From Rubripirellula sp. (GTDB taxonomy: Bacteria > Planctomycetota > Planctomycetia > Pirellulales > Pirellulaceae), in NCBI GenBank assembly GCA_965216875.1, contig OZ244207.1, positions 7,648,001 to 7,712,000 on the forward strand: DNA of 64,000 nt, read 5' to 3'. The position numbers were made by a program, and so were the translations under genes. Within the stretch, counting starts at the first letter, position 1. Every line of letters begins with the position of its first letter. This document shows positions 50,425 to 60,169 of the stretch, piece after piece. The notes under the pieces are model-generated. The model was not told the DNA's origin, did no database searches, and worked only from the letters and a program-made list of their open reading frames with translations.

Positions 50425-51228
50425 ATGAGCGACAGAAAACTGGCTGTGATTGGTGGTGGTCAAATGGGCCGAGCGTTGGTCGGCGGCATGTTGGCCAAGC
50501 AAGTTGTCGCTCAAGAGTGCGTCCAAATCGTCGATCCCGACCCAAATTGCCATCAGTGGTGGGGGCAGCAGTATCCCAAAATCACCGCATCCGACGACTT
50601 TTCCGGTGCGGTCGCCGCTTCCGACACCGTGCTGCTGGCAGTCAAGCCGAACATTTTGCCCCAGGTTTGCAGTCAGCCTTCCCAAACATGGTCGGGCAAA
50701 TTGATCCTTTCGATCGCAGCTGGCGTCAGTCTCGAATCACTTTGCGGATGGATCGGACACGAGCGTGTCGTTCGCGTGATGCCCAACACGCCCTCGCTGG
50801 TTGGTGAGGGGGCAAGTGCTTTTTGCGTTGCCGGCGACGTCGATGCCGCAGACCAAGATGCCATCGAAGCGATGCTCTCGAGCGTCGGCATCGCGCTCAA
50901 GGTCGACGAGAAACAAATGGATGCCGTCACGGGGTTAAGCGGAAGCGGTCCGGCCTACGTTTGCATGGTCATTGAAGCTCTGGCCGATGGTGGCGTCCTC
51001 GCGGGATTGCCGCGACCGATCGCCATGCAACTCGCAACCCAAACGGTTTTGGGTACGGCAAAGATGGTTGCCGAGACGGGCCAACATCCCGGTCAACTCA
51101 AGGATGCCGTTGCTTCGCCCGGAGGAACAACCATTGCCGCAATTAGCGAACTGGAACAAAATGGTTTGCGAGGAGCACTGATCCGAGCGGTCGCCGCGTC
51201 GGCAAACCGAAGCAAAGAACTCGGTTAG
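50425..51228 (+). CDS. proC: Pyrroline-5-carboxylate reductase
   Basis: IGGGQMG, LAVKP, RVMPNTP, GSGPAY, SPGGTT. Confidence 0.97.
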   Translation: MSDRKLAVIGGGQMGRALVGGMLAKQVVAQECVQIVDPDPNCHQWWGQQYPKITASDDFSGAVAASDTVLLAVKPNILPQVCSQPSQTWSGKLILSIAAGVSLESLCGWIGHERVVRVMPNTPSLVGEGASAFCVAGDVDAADQDAIEAMLSSVGIALKVDEKQMDAVTGLSGSGPAYVCMVIEALADGGVLAGLPRPIAMQLATQTVLGTAKMVAETGQHPGQLKDAVASPGGTTIAAISELEQNGLRGALIRAVAASANRSKELG

Positions 51229-51287
51229 CGATTGGGCTTGGGATCACTTCCACCACTTTCACAACGCAACCATCAGGCACTGCCCAA

Positions 51288-51524
51288 ATGGACTCGCCCC
51301 TGATCCTGATCGACGACAAGCACGTTCCCTTGTTCCGCATTGTGTGGGTCAGTGACGTTCCGCATTTCTGTGGCGAAGACGATTGCATGCACGAGGGCGA
51401 CTACGAGATTCGACTCGATGTCGATGACTCAATCTGGACCAATGGCAACGGACGCGACGAAGTGATTCAGGCGTTGAATCGATGGTACAGCGACCCGCGT
51501 GAAAACGATAACGAGCAGTGGTGA
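51288..51524 (+). CDS. Small hypothetical protein
   Basis: 78 aa, natural composition, PHFCGEDDCMHEG motif. Confidence 0.75.
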   Translation: MDSPLILIDDKHVPLFRIVWVSDVPHFCGEDDCMHEGDYEIRLDVDDSIWTNGNGRDEVIQALNRWYSDPRENDNEQW

Positions 51525-51530
51525 AACGGG

Positions 51531-51800
51531 TTATTCGTTGCCAGCGTCCAGCACGGACAAGTCAAATGCTTGATCGACGATCATCGTCGTGATTTCGTTT
51601 CGTATGGGATAGAGCCGATCACGATCGGCGGTCACGAGGCCTGCATCGATGGGCTGTGAAACAACTTGGCCTGCGGCATCACGCATCTGACCTTCGGCGA
51701 TTGCACGGTTCACGCGATCGACAAGAGCTTGCTCGACAAGTTCAAGCTCGCCACCGGACGCGGGGCATCGCAGCATCGATAGCAATTTCGGATCAATCAT
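51531..51800 (-). CDS. Trm112/YcaR-like protein
   Basis: MIDPKLLSMLRCP ... YPIRNEI..M. Confidence 0.85.
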   Translation of the reverse strand: MIDPKLLSMLRCPASGGELELVEQALVDRVNRAIAEGQMRDAAGQVVSQPIDAGLVTADRDRLYPIRNEITTMIVDQAFDLSVLDAGNE

Positions 51801-52002
51801 CACTTTTGATTCAACTTGTGGGTTTGGTTTATTTTCACAGGTTTGATTCAGCATCCATGGGCTGAACACCCGAACATTGAGTTATGGCTGTGGGGGGCCA
51901 CTGCACGTTTGCGCGCCTACGTGCTAGGCCACTGCAAAGTTCTCTCCACTGCTATGACGTGAATTGACAACCATCCATCCGGTCACAGGGCGAGGGATTG
52001 CC

Positions 52003-52773
52003 ATGAGCATTCGGATCTTTTCTCAGGTTGTGTGCCGAGCAGCATGTTATGCCGCTCTTACGGCAACGACTTTCTTCTTTGCCTCAAACGCGGAAGCGCA
52101 GACTCAACCGGGATACGTTACCGATCCCAACACAGGCATTGTTTACCGACAATCGATGCGGACTGTCGAGCGGCCTGTGGTCGAAACGCAGGTGGAAACT
52201 CGTCAACAGACGGTTTACCGCCCCAAGACAGTGACCGAGAATCGTCCCGAAACGCGGACGTACTACACCCCTGTGGTCGAATACCAGTGGACTCCAAAAG
52301 TCCATGGACGTTGGAATCCCTTTCGCAAACCGACCGTGGCCTACCACCATGTTCCAGTGACCAGTTGGGAACGGCGCGATGATGTGGTCAATCGCACGAC
52401 CACGCGAACCCAGTGGGTCGCCGAAAACCGAACAGTCGAAGTGCCACGCCGCGTTGTTCGGATGGAACATGTTCCCCAAGTCGATCTGGAACCGGTTGGC
52501 AATGTTGCGCCCAACAGTCCTTCTTCGGCAATCGCGTCACGCATGCGCCCACTCAGCTCAAGCGAGCAAGTCGTCCCGTTGACTCAGGGGCCAACGACGC
52601 AAATCGCAAGCACCGTTGGCCGGTTGAGCAGTGATCCGCCGCGTCGTTCGGCCAGCCAGTCGGGAATGCGGTCGACCGACCTCGCGCCAAATCCGCCGGT
52701 TTATTCGCAACCGCTGCCACCAGCATCAAGCGGCATTGGCGTCGCGATGCCATCACTACCGTTCCTGCGGTAG
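52003..52773 (+). CDS. Secreted hypothetical protein, Thr/Val/Pro/Arg-rich
   Basis: Signal peptide ending AEA-Q, extended-strand-like repeats, GRWNPF motif. Confidence 0.78.
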   Translation: MSIRIFSQVVCRAACYAALTATTFFFASNAEAQTQPGYVTDPNTGIVYRQSMRTVERPVVETQVETRQQTVYRPKTVTENRPETRTYYTPVVEYQWTPKVHGRWNPFRKPTVAYHHVPVTSWERRDDVVNRTTTRTQWVAENRTVEVPRRVVRMEHVPQVDLEPVGNVAPNSPSSAIASRMRPLSSSEQVVPLTQGPTTQIASTVGRLSSDPPRRSASQSGMRSTDLAPNPPVYSQPLPPASSGIGVAMPSLPFLR

Positions 52774-52798
52774 GTCACGCGGCATGACAATGACACCC

Positions 52799-52962
52799 GT
52801 TTGTAGTACCGAGCTTTAGCCGGAGTTCTTTGGGCACTATCGCCCCAAGGCTTCAAAGAACGGTACTACAAACTCCTGCGTGAACTGACCCTGGTTGAGC
52901 GCAGAAGGTCAGAGCATGGTCACTGGGTGTGAAGATTCCGGCTAAAGCTCGGTACGACGAAC
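52799..52962. repeat. REP-like family A copies
   Basis: 52799-52873 (arm plus degenerate inverted arm) and 52931-52962. Confidence 0.88.
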
Positions 52963-53013
52963 TGGCCAGCGCCCCGGATCCGATTTGATCTTGGGCGACA
53001 CGCAAGTCACGGC

Positions 53014-54339
53014 TCACCAACTGCGGTAGTTGACCTTCTGCAACAACTGGTTGGCTTCGGCGTCGTCGACGATCTGCTCGGCATCGGCGTCCCAAGCAAG
53101 CGGACGTCCCAAGGCTTGTGAGACATACCCGAGATGCCCCGGCGTAATCGATCGATGTGCTGTTTCGGCCGGCGCGACGGTCGCTTGTCGTGCCTTCACG
53201 CAATCGATGAAATTCTGAACGTGATCATCGGACCGCTCGACGTTGGTGTCATCGAACTGAAAGTCAGACTGTAACCATCTTGAGTCGGACGCTTCGATAA
53301 CGCCCCGCCTCACGTAGACCCAACCCTCGTCACCGATCACCTTCAACCCTTGCTTGTTGCGGCTGGAGATCATGCTTTTGATGCCGCCTGGATAGCTGCA
53401 TCGAATCGCGTAGTGGTGTGGCGAGTCATAAACGTCCGTGTTGGGAAACGACCAATCAGTCGCTTCGACCGTGAGCGGCCCACTCTGGTCGAGATCGAGC
53501 GCCCAGTGAGCGATATCGTTGTGATGGCCGATCCAATCCATCAACACTCCGCCACCGTAGGCTCGGTGGCCTCGCCACCATCGATGATGGCGTGCTCGCA
53601 TGTAGGGCAATTGTGGTGATGGGCCACACCAAAGGTTGTAGTCGAGTGAATCGGGCGGCGCGGTGATTGTTGTGTCGCCTTGCGGTTTTTCGTATCCGGC
53701 GGGCAACCCGACTTCGACACGTTGAACTTTGCCAACCAGCCCCGATCGTACGATTTCGACGGCGCGACGAAACTTTTCATCGGAACGCTGTTGAGATCCG
53801 GTTTGAAAGACACTCTTGGCCTTGGCAACCGCACGGTAAACCTGCTGACCCTCGGCAAACAGATGCGTTACCGGTTTTTCGCAGTAGACATCTTTGCCCT
53901 TCGCGATTGCATCGAGAGTGATCTGGGCGTGCCAGTGATCAGGGGTCGCGACGACCACGACATCAATGTCGTCGCGAGCGATCAAGTCGCGGTAGTTGCG
54001 GTAGGTCGCGATTCCTTTTGCGGGTGTCGCCGACTTGGCATTGGCGAGCGCTTTTGTCACCCGTTCCTTGGCAGGTTGTAGTCCGTAGCGCGGACCTTTG
54101 CCCCAAGGACGGTCGCGATAGTGGGCCTGGTCGACATCACAGAGCGCAACGATCTGAGAATCAGCGTTTGCCAGAAACGCATCGAGCAAGTTGTAGCCGC
54201 GCGAGCCAAGGCCGATCACGCCGACGGTCAATCGGTCCGAAGGGGCGGCCGCGAACGTGTTATTGCAAGCGGCAAGTGAAGCCGTCCCGACAGCCAAAGT
54301 CTTCATAGCGGCGCGGCGATTGACTCGACGTGTTGTCAT
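53014..54339 (-). CDS. Gfo/Idh/MocA oxidoreductase with Tat signal
   Basis: NRRAAM, IGLGSRG, ATPDHWH, YCEKP, QTGSQQRS, DWIGHHND. Confidence 0.93.
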   Translation of the reverse strand: MTTRRVNRRAAMKTLAVGTASLAACNNTFAAAPSDRLTVGVIGLGSRGYNLLDAFLANADSQIVALCDVDQAHYRDRPWGKGPRYGLQPAKERVTKALANAKSATPAKGIATYRNYRDLIARDDIDVVVVATPDHWHAQITLDAIAKGKDVYCEKPVTHLFAEGQQVYRAVAKAKSVFQTGSQQRSDEKFRRAVEIVRSGLVGKVQRVEVGLPAGYEKPQGDTTITAPPDSLDYNLWCGPSPQLPYMRARHHRWWRGHRAYGGGVLMDWIGHHNDIAHWALDLDQSGPLTVEATDWSFPNTDVYDSPHHYAIRCSYPGGIKSMISSRNKQGLKVIGDEGWVYVRRGVIEASDSRWLQSDFQFDDTNVERSDDHVQNFIDCVKARQATVAPAETAHRSITPGHLGYVSQALGRPLAWDADAEQIVDDAEANQLLQKVNYRSW

Positions 54340-54374
54340 CTTTGTTCTCTCTTGATCGCAATCTTCGGGTGGGC

Positions 54375-56300
54375 TCAGTCGATGTACAGGAATTCGCTTG
54401 TGTTGAGCAGCGCGCGGCAGAGGTCGACCAATGCTGCATCGTGCGGCGCGGAGTGTCCTTCGCTATGAAGTAAGGTCGATTGGCTCGCCAGAAAACGCTG
54501 CCAGTGATCAAGTTCGCTCGCGGACGCATCGCGACTGTAGAGACGCCGACAAAGCTCGACACAACGTTGGCTATTGGTCGCGTGGTCGCGTGAGACCGAT
54601 GCGGCGAGACGCTCTGCGGCATCCATCGTCAGCTCGGAGTTGAACAGAAGAAGCGATTGGACGGCTGTCGTCGACGGTTGTCGTGCCGCACAGCTACTGT
54701 TGGCCGCCGGGCGATCAAAGGTTGCGAAAAAGGGATAACGCAAGTTGCGACGAGCGAACAGGTAGATGCTGCGGCGATAGTGATCGGGAACATGAGGCGT
54801 TGTTTTCCATTGTCCCCGCTTGAGTGTTTGCAACATCTCGGTCGGAAGAGGCGGCTGGATTCCGACACCGCCACCTGATCGGTTAAGCGAATGGCCGACC
54901 GCTAACATTGCATCTCGCAGTGCTTCGGCCTCGAGCCGTCGACGCGGGAAACGTGCAAGCAGTTTGTTCTCGGGGTCAACCTCTTCGATGTTTCGCCAAA
55001 CCGGCAAGGCTGCTTCATCAGGGGCGCTGGCGGTGGTGAAAACCGAGGACAGAACAATCTCGCGATGTAAACGTTTCAGACTCCAGCCACCATGTATCAA
55101 CTGCCCAGCCAAGTAATCAAGCAGCTCAGGATGTGTTGGTTCATTCCCCATGACGCCAAAGTCGCTGGGGGTCGTCGAGAGACCTTTGCCAAAGTGATGT
55201 TGCCACACTCGATTGACGATGCTGCGCGCGGTGAGCGGGTTTCGCTCGGAAGTCAGCCAATTCGCCAAATCGCTTCGTCGGAGCGTGTCGGTATGGTTTG
55301 GCGAGTCTTCGAGGTCGGCAATGCGAGGGTATGCCGCGACGAGTTGCTGTCCCTTGCGGCGCCAATCACCACGAATCATCAAATGACTCACATGATTGGC
55401 GTCGGCATTGGCCTTAAGCGTGGAAACCGATCGGTCTCGCTTGACGGCGATGGCATCGTCAAAGAAAGCGCGCAGCCGATAAAAGTCGGCTTGGCTGATG
55501 GCGTCGTACATGTGGTCATGGCATTGCGCACAACCCATTTGCAAACTGAAAAAGACTGAACCAACCGTGGAAGTGATTTCGTTTAGCAGCACGTGCTCGC
55601 GTTCGTCTTGCGAGTTGATATCAGGCATGTCGGGGCCGGACAAACAAAACGCGGTCGCAGTGATTCCCTCGGCTCTTCGCTCGCTTGGTGCTAACAAGTC
55701 GCCCGCGATTTGCCACTCGACAAATTGGTCGTAGCGGAGGTCCTCGTTAAAGGCTTGGATGACCCAGTCGCGATATTTCCATGCCTCCGGCCGCACCTTG
55801 TCATGTTCGTAACCGTCGGTGTCGGCGTATCGCGCGAGGTCGAGCCAATATTGTCCCCAGCGTCGACCGTATTCGGGTGAGGCCAATACGCGGTCAACAA
55901 GCCGTCGATAGGCTTCCGGCCGCTCGTCACTCACGAACGCGTCAAGTTGTTCGGGCGTTGGCGGCAGGCCCGTCAGGTCAAAGGAGAGCCGGCGAATCAG
56001 CGTTGCGCGATCCGCGCGTTTGACAGGCTTGATGCCCTTTCGCACAAGCGGTGAAAGGATGAACGCATCGATCGGCGTTTCAATCCATGCTCGAGCAAAC
56101 TCGCGTTCGGACGAACGCTCCTTGCCAACCATCGGGATCGAAACGGGTTCGATCGGCAGGAAGGACCAGTGGTCGCGATCAAACTCATCGATCGGTGTTT
56201 CGATGTAGCCTGAATCCTCAGCGTCATCGGCGAGGGCTTGTGAGGAAAGCGTGCTGATGGCCGCGATCAATAGGAGCAAGAGATTTCGCGACGTCTTCAT
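54375..56300 (-). CDS. DUF1549/DUF1553 protein
   Basis: HWSF, RRLSFDLTGLPP, WLDLARYADT, CAQCHDH, RLEAEALRD. Confidence 0.93.
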   Translation of the reverse strand: MKTSRNLLLLLIAAISTLSSQALADDAEDSGYIETPIDEFDRDHWSFLPIEPVSIPMVGKERSSEREFARAWIETPIDAFILSPLVRKGIKPVKRADRATLIRRLSFDLTGLPPTPEQLDAFVSDERPEAYRRLVDRVLASPEYGRRWGQYWLDLARYADTDGYEHDKVRPEAWKYRDWVIQAFNEDLRYDQFVEWQIAGDLLAPSERRAEGITATAFCLSGPDMPDINSQDEREHVLLNEITSTVGSVFFSLQMGCAQCHDHMYDAISQADFYRLRAFFDDAIAVKRDRSVSTLKANADANHVSHLMIRGDWRRKGQQLVAAYPRIADLEDSPNHTDTLRRSDLANWLTSERNPLTARSIVNRVWQHHFGKGLSTTPSDFGVMGNEPTHPELLDYLAGQLIHGGWSLKRLHREIVLSSVFTTASAPDEAALPVWRNIEEVDPENKLLARFPRRRLEAEALRDAMLAVGHSLNRSGGGVGIQPPLPTEMLQTLKRGQWKTTPHVPDHYRRSIYLFARRNLRYPFFATFDRPAANSSCAARQPSTTAVQSLLLFNSELTMDAAERLAASVSRDHATNSQRCVELCRRLYSRDASASELDHWQRFLASQSTLLHSEGHSAPHDAALVDLCRALLNTSEFLYID

Positions 56301-57691
56301 GCCAACAGCCCTTCGACGATGTCAACTTCGGCCGGCCCGGTAAGACGTTCATCGAGTCCGTTGTGCGAATAGGTGAGTTCGCGATGGTCGAGACCAAGCA
56401 AATGCAGCAAGGTCGCGTGAAATTGATTGACGTGAACCTTGTCGACTTCGGCTCTCAGTCCGATCGGATCGGTCTCGCCGTAGGAGCGGCCACCTGAGAT
56501 GCCAGCACCCGCAAGCCAACCGCAATAGCCCCACGGATTGTGGTCGCGTCCTGTTCCCTGTTCGCTCATCGGCATCCGCCCAAACTCGCCGCACCAAACC
56601 ACCAGCGTGTCGTCGAGCATTCCGGTGCGTTTAAGGTCTTGAATCAAAGCGGCCACCGGCTTGTCCGTCTTGCGACAGTACTCGCCATGATTGCTGGCGA
56701 CGTCTTTGTGTGCGTCCCAGCCATTGGTGTCTCCCGAATAGACTTGCACGAACCGAACGCCGCGTTCGATCATTCGCCGAGCGAGCAGGCATCGCATGCC
56801 AAAGTCACGTGTCTCTTTTTCGTCAACGCCATACATCGAAAGGGTTTGCGGTGACTCTTCCGATAAATCGACAACTTCAGGGGCGGTCGACTGCATCCGA
56901 AACGCAAGCTCATAGGCGTCGATTCGCGCTGATAGCTCGTCGTTCATCATCCGGTCGCGACGATGCTGTTGGTTGAGTTGTTGTAGGAAGTCGAGTGTTG
57001 CCTTTTGTCGTGCGCCCGTGATCCCGTCCTGTTGTTGCAGGTTGAGGATGGGCGTTTTTCCAGGCCGCATGGTCGTGCCCTGGTAGGTTGCTGGCAGAAA
57101 ACCGCTGCCCCAAGCTGCCGGACCTCCTTTGAGTCCACCGCCGGGATCTGGCAAGACGACAAAGGCCGGCATGTTCTCGTTTTCCGATCCCAAGCCGTAC
57201 GCCAACCAACTCCCGAAACTCGGGTGCCCCATCAAGATGCTGCCGGTATTCATCTGGTAAACCGACTGAGGATGGTTGACGCTGTCGCCATGCAAGGATC
57301 GAACCACACAAATGTCGTCGGCGATCGTTGAGGTATGAGGTAGAAAGTCCGAGATCATCAGGCCCGATTCTCCGCGCGGGCGGAACGGCTTGATCGGTCC
57401 GAGCAACGGGTTGGTCGCCACTTTGCGACGAGTCATGATCTCGCCAAAGCTCTCGGGCACTTTGCCGCCGGCGTACTTCTTCAAGTCGGGCTTGGGGTCA
57501 AACAGATCGACATGGCTTGGACCGCCATGCATGAATAGCCAAATCATCCGTTTGGCGCGCGGTGGAAAGTGATGCGATAGGCTGCGCTGACCCGATACCG
57601 CGTCTTGAGCCAAGAGATGATTCAGGGCGATCGCGCCCATACCACCGCCGGCAGCGCGCAGCAGATCACGTCGAGAGGGAAGCAGCGACAT
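56297..57691 (-). CDS. DUF1501 family protein
   Basis: SRRDLL, HGGPSHVDLFDPKP, WDAH, GEFGRMP, GRDHNP; ATGA overlap with the downstream gene. Start set at ATG 57691. Confidence 0.93.
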   Translation of the reverse strand: MSLLPSRRDLLRAAGGGMGAIALNHLLAQDAVSGQRSLSHHFPPRAKRMIWLFMHGGPSHVDLFDPKPDLKKYAGGKVPESFGEIMTRRKVATNPLLGPIKPFRPRGESGLMISDFLPHTSTIADDICVVRSLHGDSVNHPQSVYQMNTGSILMGHPSFGSWLAYGLGSENENMPAFVVLPDPGGGLKGGPAAWGSGFLPATYQGTTMRPGKTPILNLQQQDGITGARQKATLDFLQQLNQQHRRDRMMNDELSARIDAYELAFRMQSTAPEVVDLSEESPQTLSMYGVDEKETRDFGMRCLLARRMIERGVRFVQVYSGDTNGWDAHKDVASNHGEYCRKTDKPVAALIQDLKRTGMLDDTLVVWCGEFGRMPMSEQGTGRDHNPWGYCGWLAGAGISGGRSYGETDPIGLRAEVDKVHVNQFHATLLHLLGLDHRELTYSHNGLDERLTGPAEVDIVEGLLA

Positions 57692-57745
57692 GGGCGGGAG
57701 TCGGTTGGAGGGATGGGGTGGGGACAATATTGTACCCGCACGCCA

Positions 57746-57909
57746 GTTCGTCGTACCGAGCTTTAGCCGGAATCTTCTCGCTCTTCTGCTCCGCGCTTCG
57801 CTGTATGTTGCTCAACATTGGCTCGTAGGGTGTGTGCTTGCACGCACCATTCATTGCAATTCAGGTTGCCAGGCAAGGGCCCGAGGCCTGACGGCCAGCG
57901 GCTCACGGG
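57746..57909. repeat. Mosaic repeat cluster (A, L, E)
   Basis: A 57746-57780, L 57825-57848, E 57872-57909. Confidence 0.85.
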
Positions 57910-57933
57910 ATATGGACGCAACTTGCAAACGGC

Positions 57934-58788
57934 TCAGGATCTGCTGAACCCGGTCTCGGCTAAGAACTTCGCGTCTCGACGAATCCTCTTTTTCACACGA
58001 ATCGGTTTGAAGGGCCATAGTTCCTGCCACGTCATGAGGTAAGCGCCTTTGATCGTGGGACGAAAGGCCGATTCGTTTGCCTCGCGTGGAGGTTGGTAGG
58101 GCGAAGGTTCACGCGGTTGCGGCGGCGGTCCGACTTGATCGAGTTTGAGGTAACCGATGTTAACGGCATGCTCGAACTCTTCGCGCATCCCGCCTGCGAT
58201 GTAGGCCGGAACGTTGCCGCCATGTTTCGAGTCAAGGTTCATCACGCGTTGCCGACCGCTGCGGTGCGTTTGCAAGACAGCGCGGTGCGCTTCGTACAGA
58301 ACGCTTGACGATTGGAGTTCGGGATGCAGCGTCGAGATACAGCCTTCGCGCACTGGAAAGGCTCCAGGCACATTCTGGTTGCCGGTATTGACCGTTGACC
58401 CGTCCGTAAAGGAAGTGCTGAATTCGACGTATTGGGTTTGGATCGACCATTGGTCACCCATCTGCGCGTACATCACCACGGGCATCGCGCCCGTCTTTGC
58501 GTCGCGGTCGACATAGAGTGCAAGCAGGGCGCGGACATTGGGTAACTGATTCGGCAAAAACAGCGTCCCAACATTCTCGAAGCCCAGTGGCGCAAGCTCT
58601 TCGTGGCATCGTGAAAAGTAGGATTGAACCTCGCCCGGCAAGGCTGTTTGAGGATCGACCAACTCGAGCTTCGGGTTGGCGTCCTGGCGGAACGTCAACA
58701 GAATCAGGATGGGAGGGATCAGCAAATAGGCCAGCGCGATACTGACCGCTGTCACCAGCACATACCCGCCGGTGGACGCAAGAAACAT
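57934..58788 (-). CDS. Hypothetical membrane-anchored protein
   Basis: N-terminal TM segment, globular remainder. Confidence 0.78.
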   Translation of the reverse strand: MFLASTGGYVLVTAVSIALAYLLIPPILILLTFRQDANPKLELVDPQTALPGEVQSYFSRCHEELAPLGFENVGTLFLPNQLPNVRALLALYVDRDAKTGAMPVVMYAQMGDQWSIQTQYVEFSTSFTDGSTVNTGNQNVPGAFPVREGCISTLHPELQSSSVLYEAHRAVLQTHRSGRQRVMNLDSKHGGNVPAYIAGGMREEFEHAVNIGYLKLDQVGPPPQPREPSPYQPPREANESAFRPTIKGAYLMTWQELWPFKPIRVKKRIRRDAKFLAETGFSRS

Positions 58789-58827
58789 ACATCGCCCTCG
58801 CTTTGGTGGATGCTCAGTTGGAAACGA

Positions 58828-59619
58828 CTACGGCTTTTCGTTAATGCGATACATTTCGCGCCACGGCAACTGAATGCCGCCGTCGATCGTCAGCGTGCTG
58901 CCGGTGATGTACTGGTTGGCTTCATCGCAAAGGAAAACCACACCGCGGCCAATCTCTTCGGGTTTGCCCAGTCGACCCCATGGAAGTTTTGCAGCTTCGC
59001 TGGCAAGGGTTTCTTCGGTAAAGAATTTGCGCTCGCCGGGGGTGTCGGTCCAGCCGGGATGGATGAGGTTGCAGCGGATGCGATGATGCGCCAATTCACA
59101 AGCGGCGGTCTTTGCCATTTGATCGTTGGCCGCTTTGGCCATGTTGTAGGCCATCGCGCCGGGGATCGCCATGTGCGCGTGCGGGCTGCTGATGACAACA
59201 ATGTTGCCGCCACCGCCGGCGTCGACCAGTTTTTGCGCACCGCAGCGAACGAGGTGGAAAGCGCCCCACATGCTGATGTCGATCGTCTTACGAAACTCAT
59301 CGAGGTCCGATTCAAGCATCAAGTGACGATCACTGTAGGCGGCGTTGCTGACCACGATGTCCAAGCCGCCCATTAGCGACACCGATTCGTCAACCAGTCG
59401 TTCGACTTCGGCTTGTTGCGCCAGGTCAGCTGCAACCTTGTGCGCCTTGCCACCGGCCTGGGTGCAAAGCTCGATCACCTCATCCGCCTCTTCAGGATGA
59501 CTGCGGTAGTTGATCACGACTTCGGCGCCAGCTTTGGCTAGCTCGACCGCAATGCCCCGACCGATCCCTCGTGAGGCGCCCGAAACGATCGCGCGCTTTC
59601 CTTCCAAATTGCTCATCAA
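58828..59619 (-). CDS. Short-chain dehydrogenase/reductase
   Basis: SGASRGIG, SNAA, YNMAK, PGWTDT, DGG. Confidence 0.95.
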   Translation of the reverse strand: MMSNLEGKRAIVSGASRGIGRGIAVELAKAGAEVVINYRSHPEEADEVIELCTQAGGKAHKVAADLAQQAEVERLVDESVSLMGGLDIVVSNAAYSDRHLMLESDLDEFRKTIDISMWGAFHLVRCGAQKLVDAGGGGNIVVISSPHAHMAIPGAMAYNMAKAANDQMAKTAACELAHHRIRCNLIHPGWTDTPGERKFFTEETLASEAAKLPWGRLGKPEEIGRGVVFLCDEANQYITGSTLTIDGGIQLPWREMYRINEKP

Positions 59620-59756
59620 ACTGCTGCTTTCAAAACTTTCGCATTCGTGTCATTCGCCCGAATAAAAATCTTCGCGAGCGAAGTCGTGAATCTATCACAT
59701 TGCGTCGTTGGGTCGGGCGTCTTGGTGGTCCGGGCGTCAGGGGCAGCGCGTTTTAT

Positions 59757-60024
59757 CACTCTCCCTGGGGAGAGTCGGGCTCTAAGGCCCGGAGAGGGGC
59801 TGGGAAAAATCCTTCCCTCCCCGGACTTTGCGTCCGACCCTCCCGCAAGCGGGAGGGTGGTTGATGGTGTGCAATTCAGCAAGCAGTTCGCCTCCAAAGA
59901 ACGAGCGTGTGGGACGCGAGGCCTCGTACGTACGTGTGGGGCAGGGCCCGAGGCCTCACGGCCAGCGGCTCACGGGGTGAAGAAACAAGGGCCCCGGCGC
60001 CCGACGCTAGCGCGTACGGCTCAC
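59757..60024. repeat. Mosaic repeat cluster (C, degenerate B, E, D)
   Basis: C 59757-59859, B-like near 59910-59934, E 59943-59976, D 59999-60024. Confidence 0.85.
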
Positions 60025-60070
60025 ATTGAGCGGGAATTCACACAGAAACGTCAGATTTCTACCACTGGGA

Positions 60071-60136
60071 AGATAAAAATCTTTCAAAATTCGTGTTGGG
60101 TGATTGATTTCTTTCATGAATGAGAGAAAACTTTCA
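60071..60136. promoter_or_regulatory. Candidate DeoR operator sites upstream of the BMC operon
   Basis: CTTTCA at 60081, 60111 and 60131; near-palindrome TGAGAG-aaaa-CTTTCA in an AT-rich patch. Confidence 0.5.
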
Positions 60137-60169
60137 TTGTGTTAATTTGCTCAGCCCAGGAGGTTTGCA

